Shown piece after piece: positions 28,980 to 37,046 of a stretch of DNA of 64,000 nucleotides (its first letter is position 1; each line of letters opens with the position of its first letter). The notes under the pieces are model-generated. The model was not told the origin of the DNA. It searched no databases and worked only from the letters and a program-made list of their open reading frames with translations. The stretch is from IMG/VR virus record IMGVR_UViG_3300042864_000170; one strand, 5' to 3'. A program made the position numbers and the translations under genes. The stretch comes from an uncultured virus (IMG/VR IMGVR_UViG_3300042864_000170) (taxonomy: Duplodnaviria; Heunggongvirae; Uroviricota; Caudoviricetes).

Positions 28980-29198
28980 TCAAGCACTAATTTTGCCAAA
29001 TTCACGATCGACATAATGTCCGATCAGTTTACGCTGGATAAGGGTAATCAAATCCCCGTGCTGATCCGAAACAATGAATCGAACAGGGCAACGACCCCAA
29101 GTACCGGACCTTTGGAACTCTGCAAACCATTTGCGGTGTTGCTTGTTCTCCGGATCGAATGCCGTCCAAGGACGACCAATATAATCTAATCTACTCAT
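28980..29198 (-). CDS. Early hypothetical protein
   Basis: Start MSRLD; WGRCPVRF. Confidence 0.6.
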   Translation of the reverse strand: MSRLDYIGRPWTAFDPENKQHRKWFAEFQRSGTWGRCPVRFIVSDQHGDLITLIQRKLIGHYVDREFGKISA

Positions 29199-29282
29199 AG
29201 TGTTCTCTCTGAATACCCCGTTATACATGTTATCGAAGAGGACTTATTGACATTGCCTCTACGCACACTGCAGGGGTTATTC

Positions 29283-29702
29283 TTAGTAAGGGGCGTCTTC
29301 CATGTCAGCCAGCTGGGCAATCACTTGGGCTTTAGTAGGAGTGGGTTTGGCTTCTGCCTTCTTAGCAGCCACCTTGGCTTCGATAGCCTTCATAGTAGGC
29401 TTGGCCTTTGCAGCTTTGGCAACCTTAGCCTCTTTAGCAGGCACTTCGCTACGCTTGTCGATCTCAGCAGCCAGTGCAGCCAACACATCAGCATTGGTCT
29501 TGCCGTTGGTAGTGGCAAAGTCGATCTCCATGAGATAAGCAACAGCGTCCTCTTTGGTCATAGCGTGTTTCAGCTCGATGATATCAATATCGGTATGACC
29601 GTTCTTGATCAGCACCTTGGTACGCAGTGCGTCATTGGCAAAACGAACTTTGAATTGGCCATCTTGTTTAGAAACGCCAGCATGGGTAAAAGATTTAGAC
29701 AT
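29283..29702 (-). CDS. Early protein with Ala/Lys-rich (histone-like) tail
   Basis: KVRFAND core; AKVAKAAKAKP tail. Confidence 0.65.
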   Translation of the reverse strand: MSKSFTHAGVSKQDGQFKVRFANDALRTKVLIKNGHTDIDIIELKHAMTKEDAVAYLMEIDFATTNGKTNADVLAALAAEIDKRSEVPAKEAKVAKAAKAKPTMKAIEAKVAAKKAEAKPTPTKAQVIAQLADMEDAPY

Positions 29703-29784
29703 AAAATTTCCTTTGTGTTTGTCTGTGTGTACGAACAGCACCGCGCTGTCCATGTATTAATTATAACCTCTTTTGGAGGAACTG

Positions 29785-29964
29785 TCAACCAAAATATGGC
29801 GAATAGACTTCCTCCTCTTGTGGCGTATCAGCAACACTGTTGCCTTCAATCCAACCGTAGACCATCTCCACGGGGCAATCCAATGTCAGTGCAATCATTC
29901 TGGCACTCATGCCATCGATGTACAGTTGCTCAATGTCGTATGCCAGTTCAGCGATCTTGCTCAT
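29785..29964 (-). CDS. 59-aa HTH-like protein (not in ORF track)
   Basis: MSKIAELAYDIEQLYIDGMSARMIALTLDCPVEMVYGWI...; ATGA-coupled. Confidence 0.6.
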   Translation of the reverse strand: MSKIAELAYDIEQLYIDGMSARMIALTLDCPVEMVYGWIEGNSVADTPQEEEVYSPYFG

Positions 29965-30374
29965 TCCATTTCCTCCTCTTGCTTCTCTTGTTCAAATGCC
30001 AGTTCTAACGGAATCCAATTCTCTTGTGTGCCGTAGTGACGAACATACCACTGAGCCTTGCCTTTCCAGTTCATGCTGAGGATGTAGTCGTACTCCTCGC
30101 CGCTGACATTTTTGTAATAGTCCTCAATGTCTTTGTATTTCTCAATCGACAACTCTTCACCGCGTTGTGTGTAGGCACCCTGTTTAGTTTCCTCAACAGA
30201 GTCGCACAGGCTTGAGAAACCGCCCAAGTCAATCAAGTCACGCAGTTTGAACGGATCGCTGTAGTGCTTGAGCAAGAGCTGGCCGTTGTGTGCCAGGTAG
30301 CCGTCCCAGTGACAGTAGACTTGCTGTACTGTGCCATCTGCAAACTCAAGTGCGATAGTGCTTCGTGTACCCAT
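29961..30374 (-). CDS. Early hypothetical protein (MGTRS..YCHWDGY)
   Basis: Own promoter, GGAG SD. Confidence 0.75.
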   Translation of the reverse strand: MGTRSTIALEFADGTVQQVYCHWDGYLAHNGQLLLKHYSDPFKLRDLIDLGGFSSLCDSVEETKQGAYTQRGEELSIEKYKDIEDYYKNVSGEEYDYILSMNWKGKAQWYVRHYGTQENWIPLELAFEQEKQEEEME

Positions 30375-30428
30375 TGTGTGCTCCAGTGTGTTTGTGTAAG
30401 TGTTAATTATAGCAAGGTTTTACCAAAC

Positions 30429-30485
30429 TGTCAACCCCTGCGAAGTACCCAGGCGTGTTGCAGGGTCTAATGGCAGGGGTTGACA
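30429..30485. repeat. 57-bp palindromic direct repeat, copy 2
   Basis: Matches 25341-25397. Confidence 0.9.
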
Positions 30486-30487
30486 TT

Positions 30488-30730
30488 TCAGCAATCGGGA
30501 TCAAAGTCTGCCCACTCTTGCGCTTCGTCGGGCTGTCCGTCAGCTTCCTCTTGCTCCAGGCGCTCTGCACAGTCCAGGAAGTTTTGGCACAGCTCGCGCA
30601 TATACTCATAAGCTGCTTTCTCAGTGCGGCTCAAGTCCAGCTCGCTCATAGAGTCCGCATTGTCCATTGCTTCCACGCAGTGACGCAGATCATTCATTGT
30701 GTTCTCAAACATGCAGTAAGACATATTCAT
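30488..30730 (-). CDS. Acidic early protein (MSYCMFENT..DL)
   Basis: Own promoter, AAGGAG SD. Confidence 0.7.
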   Translation of the reverse strand: MNMSYCMFENTMNDLRHCVEAMDNADSMSELDLSRTEKAAYEYMRELCQNFLDCAERLEQEEADGQPDEAQEWADFDPDC

Positions 30731-30802
30731 ATCAGCTCCTTTGTTGTGTATGTGTGTATTATAACACTGTTTGGCTACCCTGTCAACCAAAGACCCTACA
30801 GC

Positions 30803-31066
30803 TTACTCGGGCTTTACGCCCATAGCTTCAACAGCTTTCACGCCCTCTGCTGTAAGATAAAGTACACGATTGCGGGTAGCTGTAACAACAAACACAGCGC
30901 CCTCTTGCCCATCGTTCCAGCTGTCGTAGCGCACAGCAGGGTTTTTAAGCAGAGCAGTTATAGCCATCTTACGAGCACGTTCGCCCTCGTTGTAAGTGCC
31001 ATTGCATCCGCACATGCAGCCGGGCTTGCCAGTGTAAGAGCGGGTAGTTTGATTGACTGTAAGCAT
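30803..31066 (-). CDS. Early protein with CMCGC motif
   Basis: Own promoter, AAGGAG SD. Confidence 0.65.
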   Translation of the reverse strand: MLTVNQTTRSYTGKPGCMCGCNGTYNEGERARKMAITALLKNPAVRYDSWNDGQEGAVFVVTATRNRVLYLTAEGVKAVEAMGVKPE

Positions 31067-31116
31067 GTCTACTCCTTGTTGCGATGTATGTATTATAACA
31101 AGATTTTGCCAACTTG

Positions 31117-31341
31117 TCAAGCCAGCGTAGCAGAAACCTTATCCGCTGTAGGGTCATACTTGAGGAACAGTTTGCCCGCACCGTCATCAGTGTCTGTCAC
31201 AAGGTAGCAGAACTCGTGCCCGTTGGTGATGCCCAGGAAGCGGGCTGTCTTGAGTTTGGGTCGGCCTTTGACGGGCAGTGCCTGCTCTAGCATAACTGCT
31301 GGCATGTTGGTGAGGAGTTTGAGTTTGTCCGCTGTAATCAT
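31117..31341 (-). CDS. Early hypothetical protein
   Basis: ATGA-coupled; stop lies inside the next -35 box. Confidence 0.6.
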   Translation of the reverse strand: MITADKLKLLTNMPAVMLEQALPVKGRPKLKTARFLGITNGHEFCYLVTDTDDGAGKLFLKYDPTADKVSATLA

Positions 31342-31493
31342 TCCGCCTCCAACTCGCAGTCCTCTAACACAGCATCTGCGGTCTCAATAAAGCCCAACAG
31401 CTCATTGCCTGCACAGTTCTTGCCCTGTGCAAACAGGAAGTCCGCAAACTGTTCCATCTTTCCCAACAGCTCTTCAACATCTGTACGCTTCAT
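31338..31493 (-). CDS. 51-aa acidic early protein (not in ORF track)
   Basis: MKRTDVEELLGKMEQFADFLFAQG...; promoter and AGGAG SD. Confidence 0.65.
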   Translation of the reverse strand: MKRTDVEELLGKMEQFADFLFAQGKNCAGNELLGFIETADAVLEDCELEAE

Positions 31494-31575
31494 GTCTGCT
31501 CCTGTTTAGTGTATGTGTGTATTATAACGCAAAAGGGCACTGCTGTCAACAATGCCCTTCCACTTTACTGTACTA

Positions 31576-31962
31576 TTAAATGCCCTCGCACTCCGCAATC
31601 ACAGCGTTAACATGCTGGGGGTCCAAACGCATTAAGCCCGCAATAAACTTATCTCCTACATCGCACGACACGTAATTGTCGCCCTGCATACCCTGCTCGC
31701 TGTACTCCACGTCGTTTGCTTCTGCTTGCGTAAAGCCCAACGTAACCAAGTACTCACGCAGTTCTGCTTTAAACTGCTTGTCTGTGTAAATTAGTCCCAT
31801 TGTGTTAACGTCCCAGCTGTCTGCTGTAAAGTACACACACAGCTCGCCGAAGTCTCTCTCGTCGTTAATGAACTGCAAGTCTAGTTTCGTAACGTCTACA
31901 GCTTTAGCTGTGCGGCTCCAGTAGCCGAGTCCGTTTGTGTGCAGTGTAGTGTATGTTTGCAT
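31576..31962 (-). CDS. Early hypothetical protein (LIYTD..F; YSEQGMQG)
   Basis: Own promoter, AAGGA SD. Confidence 0.7.
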   Translation of the reverse strand: MQTYTTLHTNGLGYWSRTAKAVDVTKLDLQFINDERDFGELCVYFTADSWDVNTMGLIYTDKQFKAELREYLVTLGFTQAEANDVEYSEQGMQGDNYVSCDVGDKFIAGLMRLDPQHVNAVIAECEGI

Positions 31963-32045
31963 TTTAATTTCCTTTTCGTTTAACATGTGTGTATTATAAC
32001 GCAAAAAGGTACACAGGGCAACCAAAGACCCTATGTGCTGTAGGG

Positions 32046-32222
32046 TTATAAAGTAAACACTGCTACAGTGTCTCCTGCTTGCTTAATGCTTTGTGTTGCA
32101 TGTGCGAGCATAGTTTTATATTTGTACATGCTTGCTTTATTTTTTTGTGCTACTGCTAGCGGCACAAATTTTCCTGCAATTAGATAAGTGTTATTGCGTT
32201 GCAGTGTATACATTTTTAACAT
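32046..32222 (-). CDS. Small basic early protein
   Basis: Own promoter, AGGA SD. Confidence 0.55.
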   Translation of the reverse strand: MLKMYTLQRNNTYLIAGKFVPLAVAQKNKASMYKYKTMLAHATQSIKQAGDTVAVFTL

Positions 32223-32305
32223 TTTGGTTCCTGTTTGTTTTAACATGTGTGTATTATAACACTGTTTTGTAAAACGAGCAACCAAAGCCCCTGGGGGCTG
32301 TAGGG

Positions 32306-32854
32306 TTATTCTTGATCCTCTTGGTTCTCTTCTTCCCAGTCAGCCATACTCTCGCTGATGCAGAAGTAGTCGTCTAACTCCTCGCCGATCATGTCACGCA
32401 CCGTGTCAGCAGTTGCGCCACCGTACTCACAGCAGTCGTCACTACCGTTGTCCCACTTGCCCACAAACTGCATGCCAGGCTCGTAGTAGAAGGCCACTAG
32501 ATCAAAGCCCAAGTCCATCAACTGCTCATATGCACGGATGGGTGGTGCCCAGGCACTGTCGAAGCCAGCTGTGACAGTGTTAGCATCCTCGATCTCTACA
32601 TTGCTAGACTCTACATCCCACTTGGTGCCCCAGTTGGCCACATTGAAGTCATACCAGGAACTGTATCCGTACTTCTCTCGGTTAGCTTTTTCAGCATCGT
32701 TGGTGCCCATCTGAGCCACAGTGTCCAGCAGTTCGGCAGGGCAAGGAATGAACTCCTGCAGGAACTTGCCCTCTTGCAGAGCCTTGGCGGCCCGCTGGAT
32801 CATTTGGGGGTCTGCGTGACGCAGTGTAATACCGTTTGAACACCAATTAGGCAT
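32306..32854 (-). CDS. DUF1281/YubB-like ferredoxin-fold protein
   Basis: MPNWCSN, NWGTKWD, FDSAWAPP, YYEPG. Confidence 0.7.
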   Translation of the reverse strand: MPNWCSNGITLRHADPQMIQRAAKALQEGKFLQEFIPCPAELLDTVAQMGTNDAEKANREKYGYSSWYDFNVANWGTKWDVESSNVEIEDANTVTAGFDSAWAPPIRAYEQLMDLGFDLVAFYYEPGMQFVGKWDNGSDDCCEYGGATADTVRDMIGEELDDYFCISESMADWEEENQEDQE

Positions 32855-33059
32855 CGTAGCTCTCCTCGCCAAGTTCAGTAATCTCTTCTTCCACCACACT
32901 GATATCAACAATGCGGAACCGTTGTGTCATATCGCTAACACCACAGAACGCATCTGTGAAGCTTTGGTTCTCTGCCAGAAACTCCAGCACACTTTGACGA
33001 TCCGTGCCCTCGGGCACTTCAATCTCCTGACGGAGAACAGTTGTAACCATTGCTTTCAT
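32847..33059 (-). CDS. Early hypothetical protein
   Basis: TAATG-coupled start MKAMV. Confidence 0.6.
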   Translation of the reverse strand: MKAMVTTVLRQEIEVPEGTDRQSVLEFLAENQSFTDAFCGVSDMTQRFRIVDISVVEEEITELGEESYDA

Positions 33060-33328
33060 TAGATGATCTCCTCTTCCCACTCGTAAAAAGAAACAGCCGG
33101 GTCCAACTTCTTCAACTGCTTTGCCGCAGTCATCAGTTCCTTGTAGCGACGATTGACTTCTGTGCGGCTCAGTTCGCCATCACAGGTCAAGTTCTCCGGA
33201 CTCAATGCGGCATCGATCATGTCTGCGATACGCTGGCGACCCTTGGCACTCTGGATCTCGTATTGCTCGCCTTTGAAGAAACTGTTCCAGTGATTCTTCT
33301 GCTCGATAAACTTCTCTAGTGCTTTCAT
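33059..33328 (-). CDS. Early hypothetical protein (LSPENLTCDGE)
   Basis: Own promoter, AAGGAG SD. Confidence 0.7.
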   Translation of the reverse strand: MKALEKFIEQKNHWNSFFKGEQYEIQSAKGRQRIADMIDAALSPENLTCDGELSRTEVNRRYKELMTAAKQLKKLDPAVSFYEWEEEII

Positions 33329-33384
33329 CTTTGCTCCTTAGTGTGTAAGTGTGTATTATAGCAAGAAAACAGGGGATTGTCAAC

Positions 33385-33565
33385 TACCCGTTAGTCCGTC
33401 TCTAACGTTCGGTGTGCCAAACATTACGCCCTAGTTCCCCGTCAGCAACTCGTGTAAACTTTCGTTTACAACTGCCTTCATGCCCCACAGCAACCTGTCC
33501 CCGTCGGAACTCTTCGCTTGCTGTGGGCCCTAACGGACTAGGTAACCCTGTTTATTTCTTACTAT
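33385..33565 (-). ncRNA. Promoter-driven multi-branch structured RNA (about 180 nt)
   Basis: Perfect promoter 33571-33599; closing stem UAGUCCGU/ACGGACUA and three internal hairpins. Confidence 0.7.
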
Positions 33566-33595
33566 GCCTTATTATAGCAAGGTTTTACCAACTTG

Positions 33596-33826
33596 TCAAC
33601 CAAATGCTTTGTATAACCCTACAATGCCTATGGCTAATGATACAACGTTGACCACAGCCTGTGGCTTATTTGCCACACGGATAGCCCATGCCAAGAACGC
33701 TACAGTGCCCACAGCGAACGCGATAATATTGTAAGGATAGACACTGGGACCTATTGCGTTGAGTACGTGCCCGGCAATGATCGCCACGGCACCCACCCAC
33801 TGTAGTACTTCATTCTTATTAAACAT
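33596..33826 (-). CDS. Small three-TM membrane protein
   Basis: Hydrophobic; stop lies in the next -35 box. Confidence 0.65.
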   Translation of the reverse strand: MFNKNEVLQWVGAVAIIAGHVLNAIGPSVYPYNIIAFAVGTVAFLAWAIRVANKPQAVVNVVSLAIGIVGLYKAFG

Positions 33827-34199
33827 CAACACCTTCACGATCAACCATGTCGCTCAACTCAGCGAATTTTTGTTTGTACTTGTAGACTTCGCGTTTGGCT
33901 TCGTGCAGTGCTTCGCCGATGCAGTCCTCTGCGGTGCCGTCTGTCAGTACTTCGCGAGCATCCTTGTACAGACATCCGCCCAGGTAGTGCGAACCCATCT
34001 CAAGGCTGTCAACCATTACACGCACTCGCAACATGAACCAATCCAAGTTGCCATTGTCGATGTCTTTACACATCTTGCTAACTTCTTCTTCACTATCAAA
34101 GTCAAAGCAATCACGTGGGTTCAGGTCTTCGTAGCTCTTGTCTACGATCACAGTAAAGCCATCGCGCTCGTAAGTTGCCAGTTCATCGTAGTATCGCAT
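33819..34199 (-). CDS. Early hypothetical protein
   Basis: In cassette operon. Confidence 0.65.
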   Translation of the reverse strand: MRYYDELATYERDGFTVIVDKSYEDLNPRDCFDFDSEEEVSKMCKDIDNGNLDWFMLRVRVMVDSLEMGSHYLGGCLYKDAREVLTDGTAEDCIGEALHEAKREVYKYKQKFAELSDMVDREGVDV

Positions 34200-34208
34200 A
34201 GTTGCCTT

Positions 34209-34439
34209 TCAATAGTGGTGACGTGAGCCGGGATCGCAGAAGTCTGCATTGTCGGGAGTCCACTCCTCGTCTTCTTCAACAATGGTGTCCTCATCCTCTT
34301 CGTCCAGGATGTCGTTAGCACGGCACATGTCTTTAACATCGTCCTCGCTCATGTAGGCCAATGCCATCTCTGCCACAGCTTCTGCTGAGATCAAACCCTC
34401 ATCCATCATCTCTAACAGCTTCGTAGTGTACTTGCGCAT
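34209..34439 (-). CDS. Acidic early protein
   Basis: Own promoter; YMSEDDV.DM. Confidence 0.65.
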   Translation of the reverse strand: MRKYTTKLLEMMDEGLISAEAVAEMALAYMSEDDVKDMCRANDILDEEDEDTIVEEDEEWTPDNADFCDPGSRHHY

Positions 34440-34501
34440 ATCAGCTCCTTGTTGCGATGTATGTATTATAACAGGTTTTACCAACCCTGTCAACCGAAGG
34501 G

Positions 34502-34858
34502 TTATTCAACGCCCACAGACACATCGACCTCAATATCTGTAACGTCGCCAGCGAGATCGTACTTAATACCCGTCACAGCCGCGCCGTAGTTGACCTGCTT
34601 GAGACGCTCTCTGATCATGCTTTCGAGGTCGCCCATCATATCGCCAATGAAGTCAGTGGCGCTGTCTTTAACGCCACGCAGGGTTTCGTTGATCCCATTG
34701 CGCGACATGTCCTCTTGCCCGTCCATGATCATCTCAATGAAAGCTTCTGTCTGGCTGATCAGTACTTGCTCTACAACGGCATTGACCAGTTCGCGCTTGC
34801 CAAACAACAACTCAACGGCCTTAAAGGTCTGCTCACCTGCTTTATACACTACAGTCAT
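34502..34858 (-). CDS. Acidic early protein
   Basis: Own promoter, AGGAG SD. Confidence 0.65.
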   Translation of the reverse strand: MTVVYKAGEQTFKAVELLFGKRELVNAVVEQVLISQTEAFIEMIMDGQEDMSRNGINETLRGVKDSATDFIGDMMGDLESMIRERLKQVNYGAAVTGIKYDLAGDVTDIEVDVSVGVE

Positions 34859-34909
34859 CGTCTTCTCCTGTTAAACAAGTATGTATTATAACACGGTTTT
34901 ACCAAAGTG

Positions 34910-35182
34910 TCAAGCGGTTTCTAACATATTTGCAGGCACCCTCCACAGGCCCTGGTTAGTACGAACTGTTACGTATTTGATCGCGATCTTGTCTACGACA
35001 CCCTGCATAGTGATGCCTGTTTTAGTGCTAGTGAACTTCACAGCACTGCCCAGCGTGACAGAGCGTTTGGTCTTCTCTGCAAGGCGTGCTCGGGCAAATT
35101 TCACAGCGTCGATGATGCTGGTCAGTTGATCGTTAGTGAAGTTGCCTGCAAGAATCTCATTGTTGATAGATTGAACGGACAT
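34910..35182 (-). CDS. Early protein with SH3-like C-terminus
   Basis: Own promoter; G.V.KIAIKYVTV..WRVPANML. Confidence 0.65.
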   Translation of the reverse strand: MSVQSINNEILAGNFTNDQLTSIIDAVKFARARLAEKTKRSVTLGSAVKFTSTKTGITMQGVVDKIAIKYVTVRTNQGLWRVPANMLETA

Positions 35183-35209
35183 ATCAGCTCCTTTGTGTGT
35201 AAGTGTATA

Positions 35210-35371
35210 TTATACGGTAAAACCGATAACCTTGTCAACCATTGGGTTTTTGCGAGCCACAGCCCGCCATGCCCGATTGGCCTTGGTCCATTGTTCGTGA
35301 TTGGTGGTAAAGCCCGGGAATCGATCCTTGGCCCAGATCACAAAGTTCAAACGTTCAATTTCGTTCTTCAT
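35210..35371 (-). CDS. Small early protein
   Basis: Coupled to the upstream stop; runs through the next promoter. Confidence 0.45.
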   Translation of the reverse strand: MKNEIERLNFVIWAKDRFPGFTTNHEQWTKANRAWRAVARKNPMVDKVIGFTV

Positions 35372-35649
35372 CACATGCTCCAGTAGAGTTCGCTTGACGG
35401 ATCGCAACTGCGGGGAGTGTCGTGTGCGATCTCAACCATTGCCCCAGTCATCAAGTTCTTAACAGTCTTCATGCTGGGAGTCCAGTCGAAGCGGAAGCCG
35501 TCTTCTGGCCTGTACAAATGGAACAAGTCCGCTACAGTGCGGCGCATGGCATTGTCATCCGCTACGGGCCAAACTGTAGTAGAGAACAAGCGCTCTCCGG
35601 TCTTTGTACGACGATCTGCTTTGTAGATGTATAGTGTATAACTCATCAT
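35371..35649 (-). CDS. Early hypothetical protein (DTPRSCDPSSELYWSM)
   Basis: Own promoter, AAGGAG SD. Confidence 0.7.
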   Translation of the reverse strand: MMSYTLYIYKADRRTKTGERLFSTTVWPVADDNAMRRTVADLFHLYRPEDGFRFDWTPSMKTVKNLMTGAMVEIAHDTPRSCDPSSELYWSM

Positions 35650-35720
35650 TGCTCCTTAGTGTGTAAGTGTCAATTATAACACGGTTTTACCAACTTGTCA
35701 AGTGTTACTTGAAGTGACAC

Positions 35721-36059
35721 TTAGTCCCCACGAACGTCTGTATTTAAAACAGGCTTAACCATTCTGCGGATCTCTACTTCACGCTTGTGGGCTTCTGCCT
35801 TGCCTCGTATAACTTCATGCACGTATACTTCAATCTCGCTCTTGTCGCTCAGTGTGCGCAACTCAGCACAGAGCAGCCAGTTCTTAGTCTCAGTCTTGGC
35901 ACGATAGAAGTGTTTAGCGGCACGACTCAAAACACTCTTGTTCACAGTGCTCTCTGTCTTAGCTGTGACGCCAATGTAGTTCTTGCCGTTGACCACAAGC
36001 TCATAGATGATATGATTGCGGTCTACACGCTTCTTACGGGTTACTGTTTGTGTCGTCAT
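35721..36059 (-). CDS. GIY-YIG-like protein
   Basis: IIYEL..NYIG, R, E, LN; ATG 5 nt from the -10 box. Confidence 0.6.
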   Translation of the reverse strand: MTTQTVTRKKRVDRNHIIYELVVNGKNYIGVTAKTESTVNKSVLSRAAKHFYRAKTETKNWLLCAELRTLSDKSEIEVYVHEVIRGKAEAHKREVEIRRMVKPVLNTDVRGD

Positions 36060-36186
36060 AGTGTATTATAGCAAGGTTTTACCAATCAGTCAACCAAAGA
36101 CCCTCCAAATGATCTGTGTTCAAAATACAACAAGACAGGCACTCCAAAAGATGCTATAATACATACTTAAACAACAAAGGAAGCAC

Positions 36187-36438
36187 ATGTCAAAAGTATA
36201 CACTGCAAACACTGCAAAAGCTAAAATTGTATATAATAAAGAAAAAGAAGTATATACTATTATCTGCGCTTTTAATGTTACAGAACAAACAGATAAAGGT
36301 GCTTGGAAGTTTCCCACTCGTGCTAAATGCGATTTTGTTAGCGGAGATTTTGTTTGGGAAACTATACAAAAAGATAAAGAGCGTATTATCTCTACTGCAA
36401 AACAAACTATGCGTACAGATAATATTGAGTTTGTTTAA
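36187..36438 (+). CDS. Early hypothetical protein, divergent cassette
   Basis: AAGACA-N17-TATAAT (36132-36160) with the same ACATAC leader and AAGGA SD. Confidence 0.65.
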   Translation: MSKVYTANTAKAKIVYNKEKEVYTIICAFNVTEQTDKGAWKFPTRAKCDFVSGDFVWETIQKDKERIISTAKQTMRTDNIEFV

Positions 36439-36534
36439 AAGATAATCCAGATAATCAGTTATTGATTATCTACATAATAGACTATACTGTATATAGTGAG
36501 ATAATACTCCAATATACCAGTATAGTCATTATAT

Positions 36535-36752
36535 ATCCCGTATATACGCAAGTGTCATTATACGGGCCCGCAGACCTTGTTCCTGCTCAATGAGCTAGAC
36601 TTTGCCGCTTACCACATTCCGGCCGGTCTTTCACTGTATAGTACACAGGTCTAGGACTTCTGCTCATGTACTTGGTCCCCACTCCCATCCGGTAAGCGAC
36701 TGTGGTTAAGCTCATACACTACCTATACAGTTACGGTTTTCTCTACTGTATG
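36535..36752 (-). ncRNA. Candidate rod-shaped structured RNA
   Basis: TTGCCC-N17-TATACT at 36758-36786; nested stems 36590/36709, 36604/36691, 36640/36665. Confidence 0.5.
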
Positions 36753-37046
36753 CGTATAGTATAACATCATTAGCTAGTTTGGGCAACTGTGGGGCTGAAA
36801 AACCCTGCTAATAACCGGTGTATTTCCAGCATTTCTGTGGCGAAAATGCCACTTTTCCAGCATAAGATGCTGTGGTTTGGCTGTGGATTCACCGTGATTT
36901 CTAGGGTGCGGGCTGTGGTGGGGCCATGGTGAAGAGAGGTTATCGTAAAATGGTTTTCACCGTTCTTCCTCAGGTTCTCTCAGGTTCTCCCACCGCCAAT
37001 CATTGTAGAAGTTTGAGTTCTCTTTACTGTGTGAGGGGCCTCTTAT

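Larger units (their letters stand above)
24172..36093 (-). promoter_or_regulatory. Array of about 26 sigma70-consensus early promoters, one per cassette
   Basis: TTGACA-like -35, N17 (one N18), TATAAT -10; -10 boxes begin (plus-strand coordinates) at 24172, 24689, 25318, 25680, 26150, 26314, 26880, 27265, 27682, 28300, 28497, 28955, 29760, 30406, 30758, 31092, 31521, 31993, 32253, 33355, 33571, 34465, 34885, 35209, 35673, 36065. Confidence 0.9.

Noticed and set aside
23559..31207. Long plus-strand ORFs (23559-24164, 29247-30008, 30455-31207)
   Set aside because: Antisense shadows of minus-strand genes; they lack SD or promoter support and cross cassette boundaries
24172..36093. Integron with attC sites
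   Set aside because: Cassettes carry their own promoters, no consistent RYYYAAC/GTTRRRY attC boxes were seen, and no integrase is in the window
24140..36186. Recurring peptide motifs (CYNTYI, VIIHTSQQG, MYYNKVL) at the N-termini of many ORF-track entries
   Set aside because: They are translations of the repeated promoter/leader DNA, not a protein domain; true starts lie downstream of the SD
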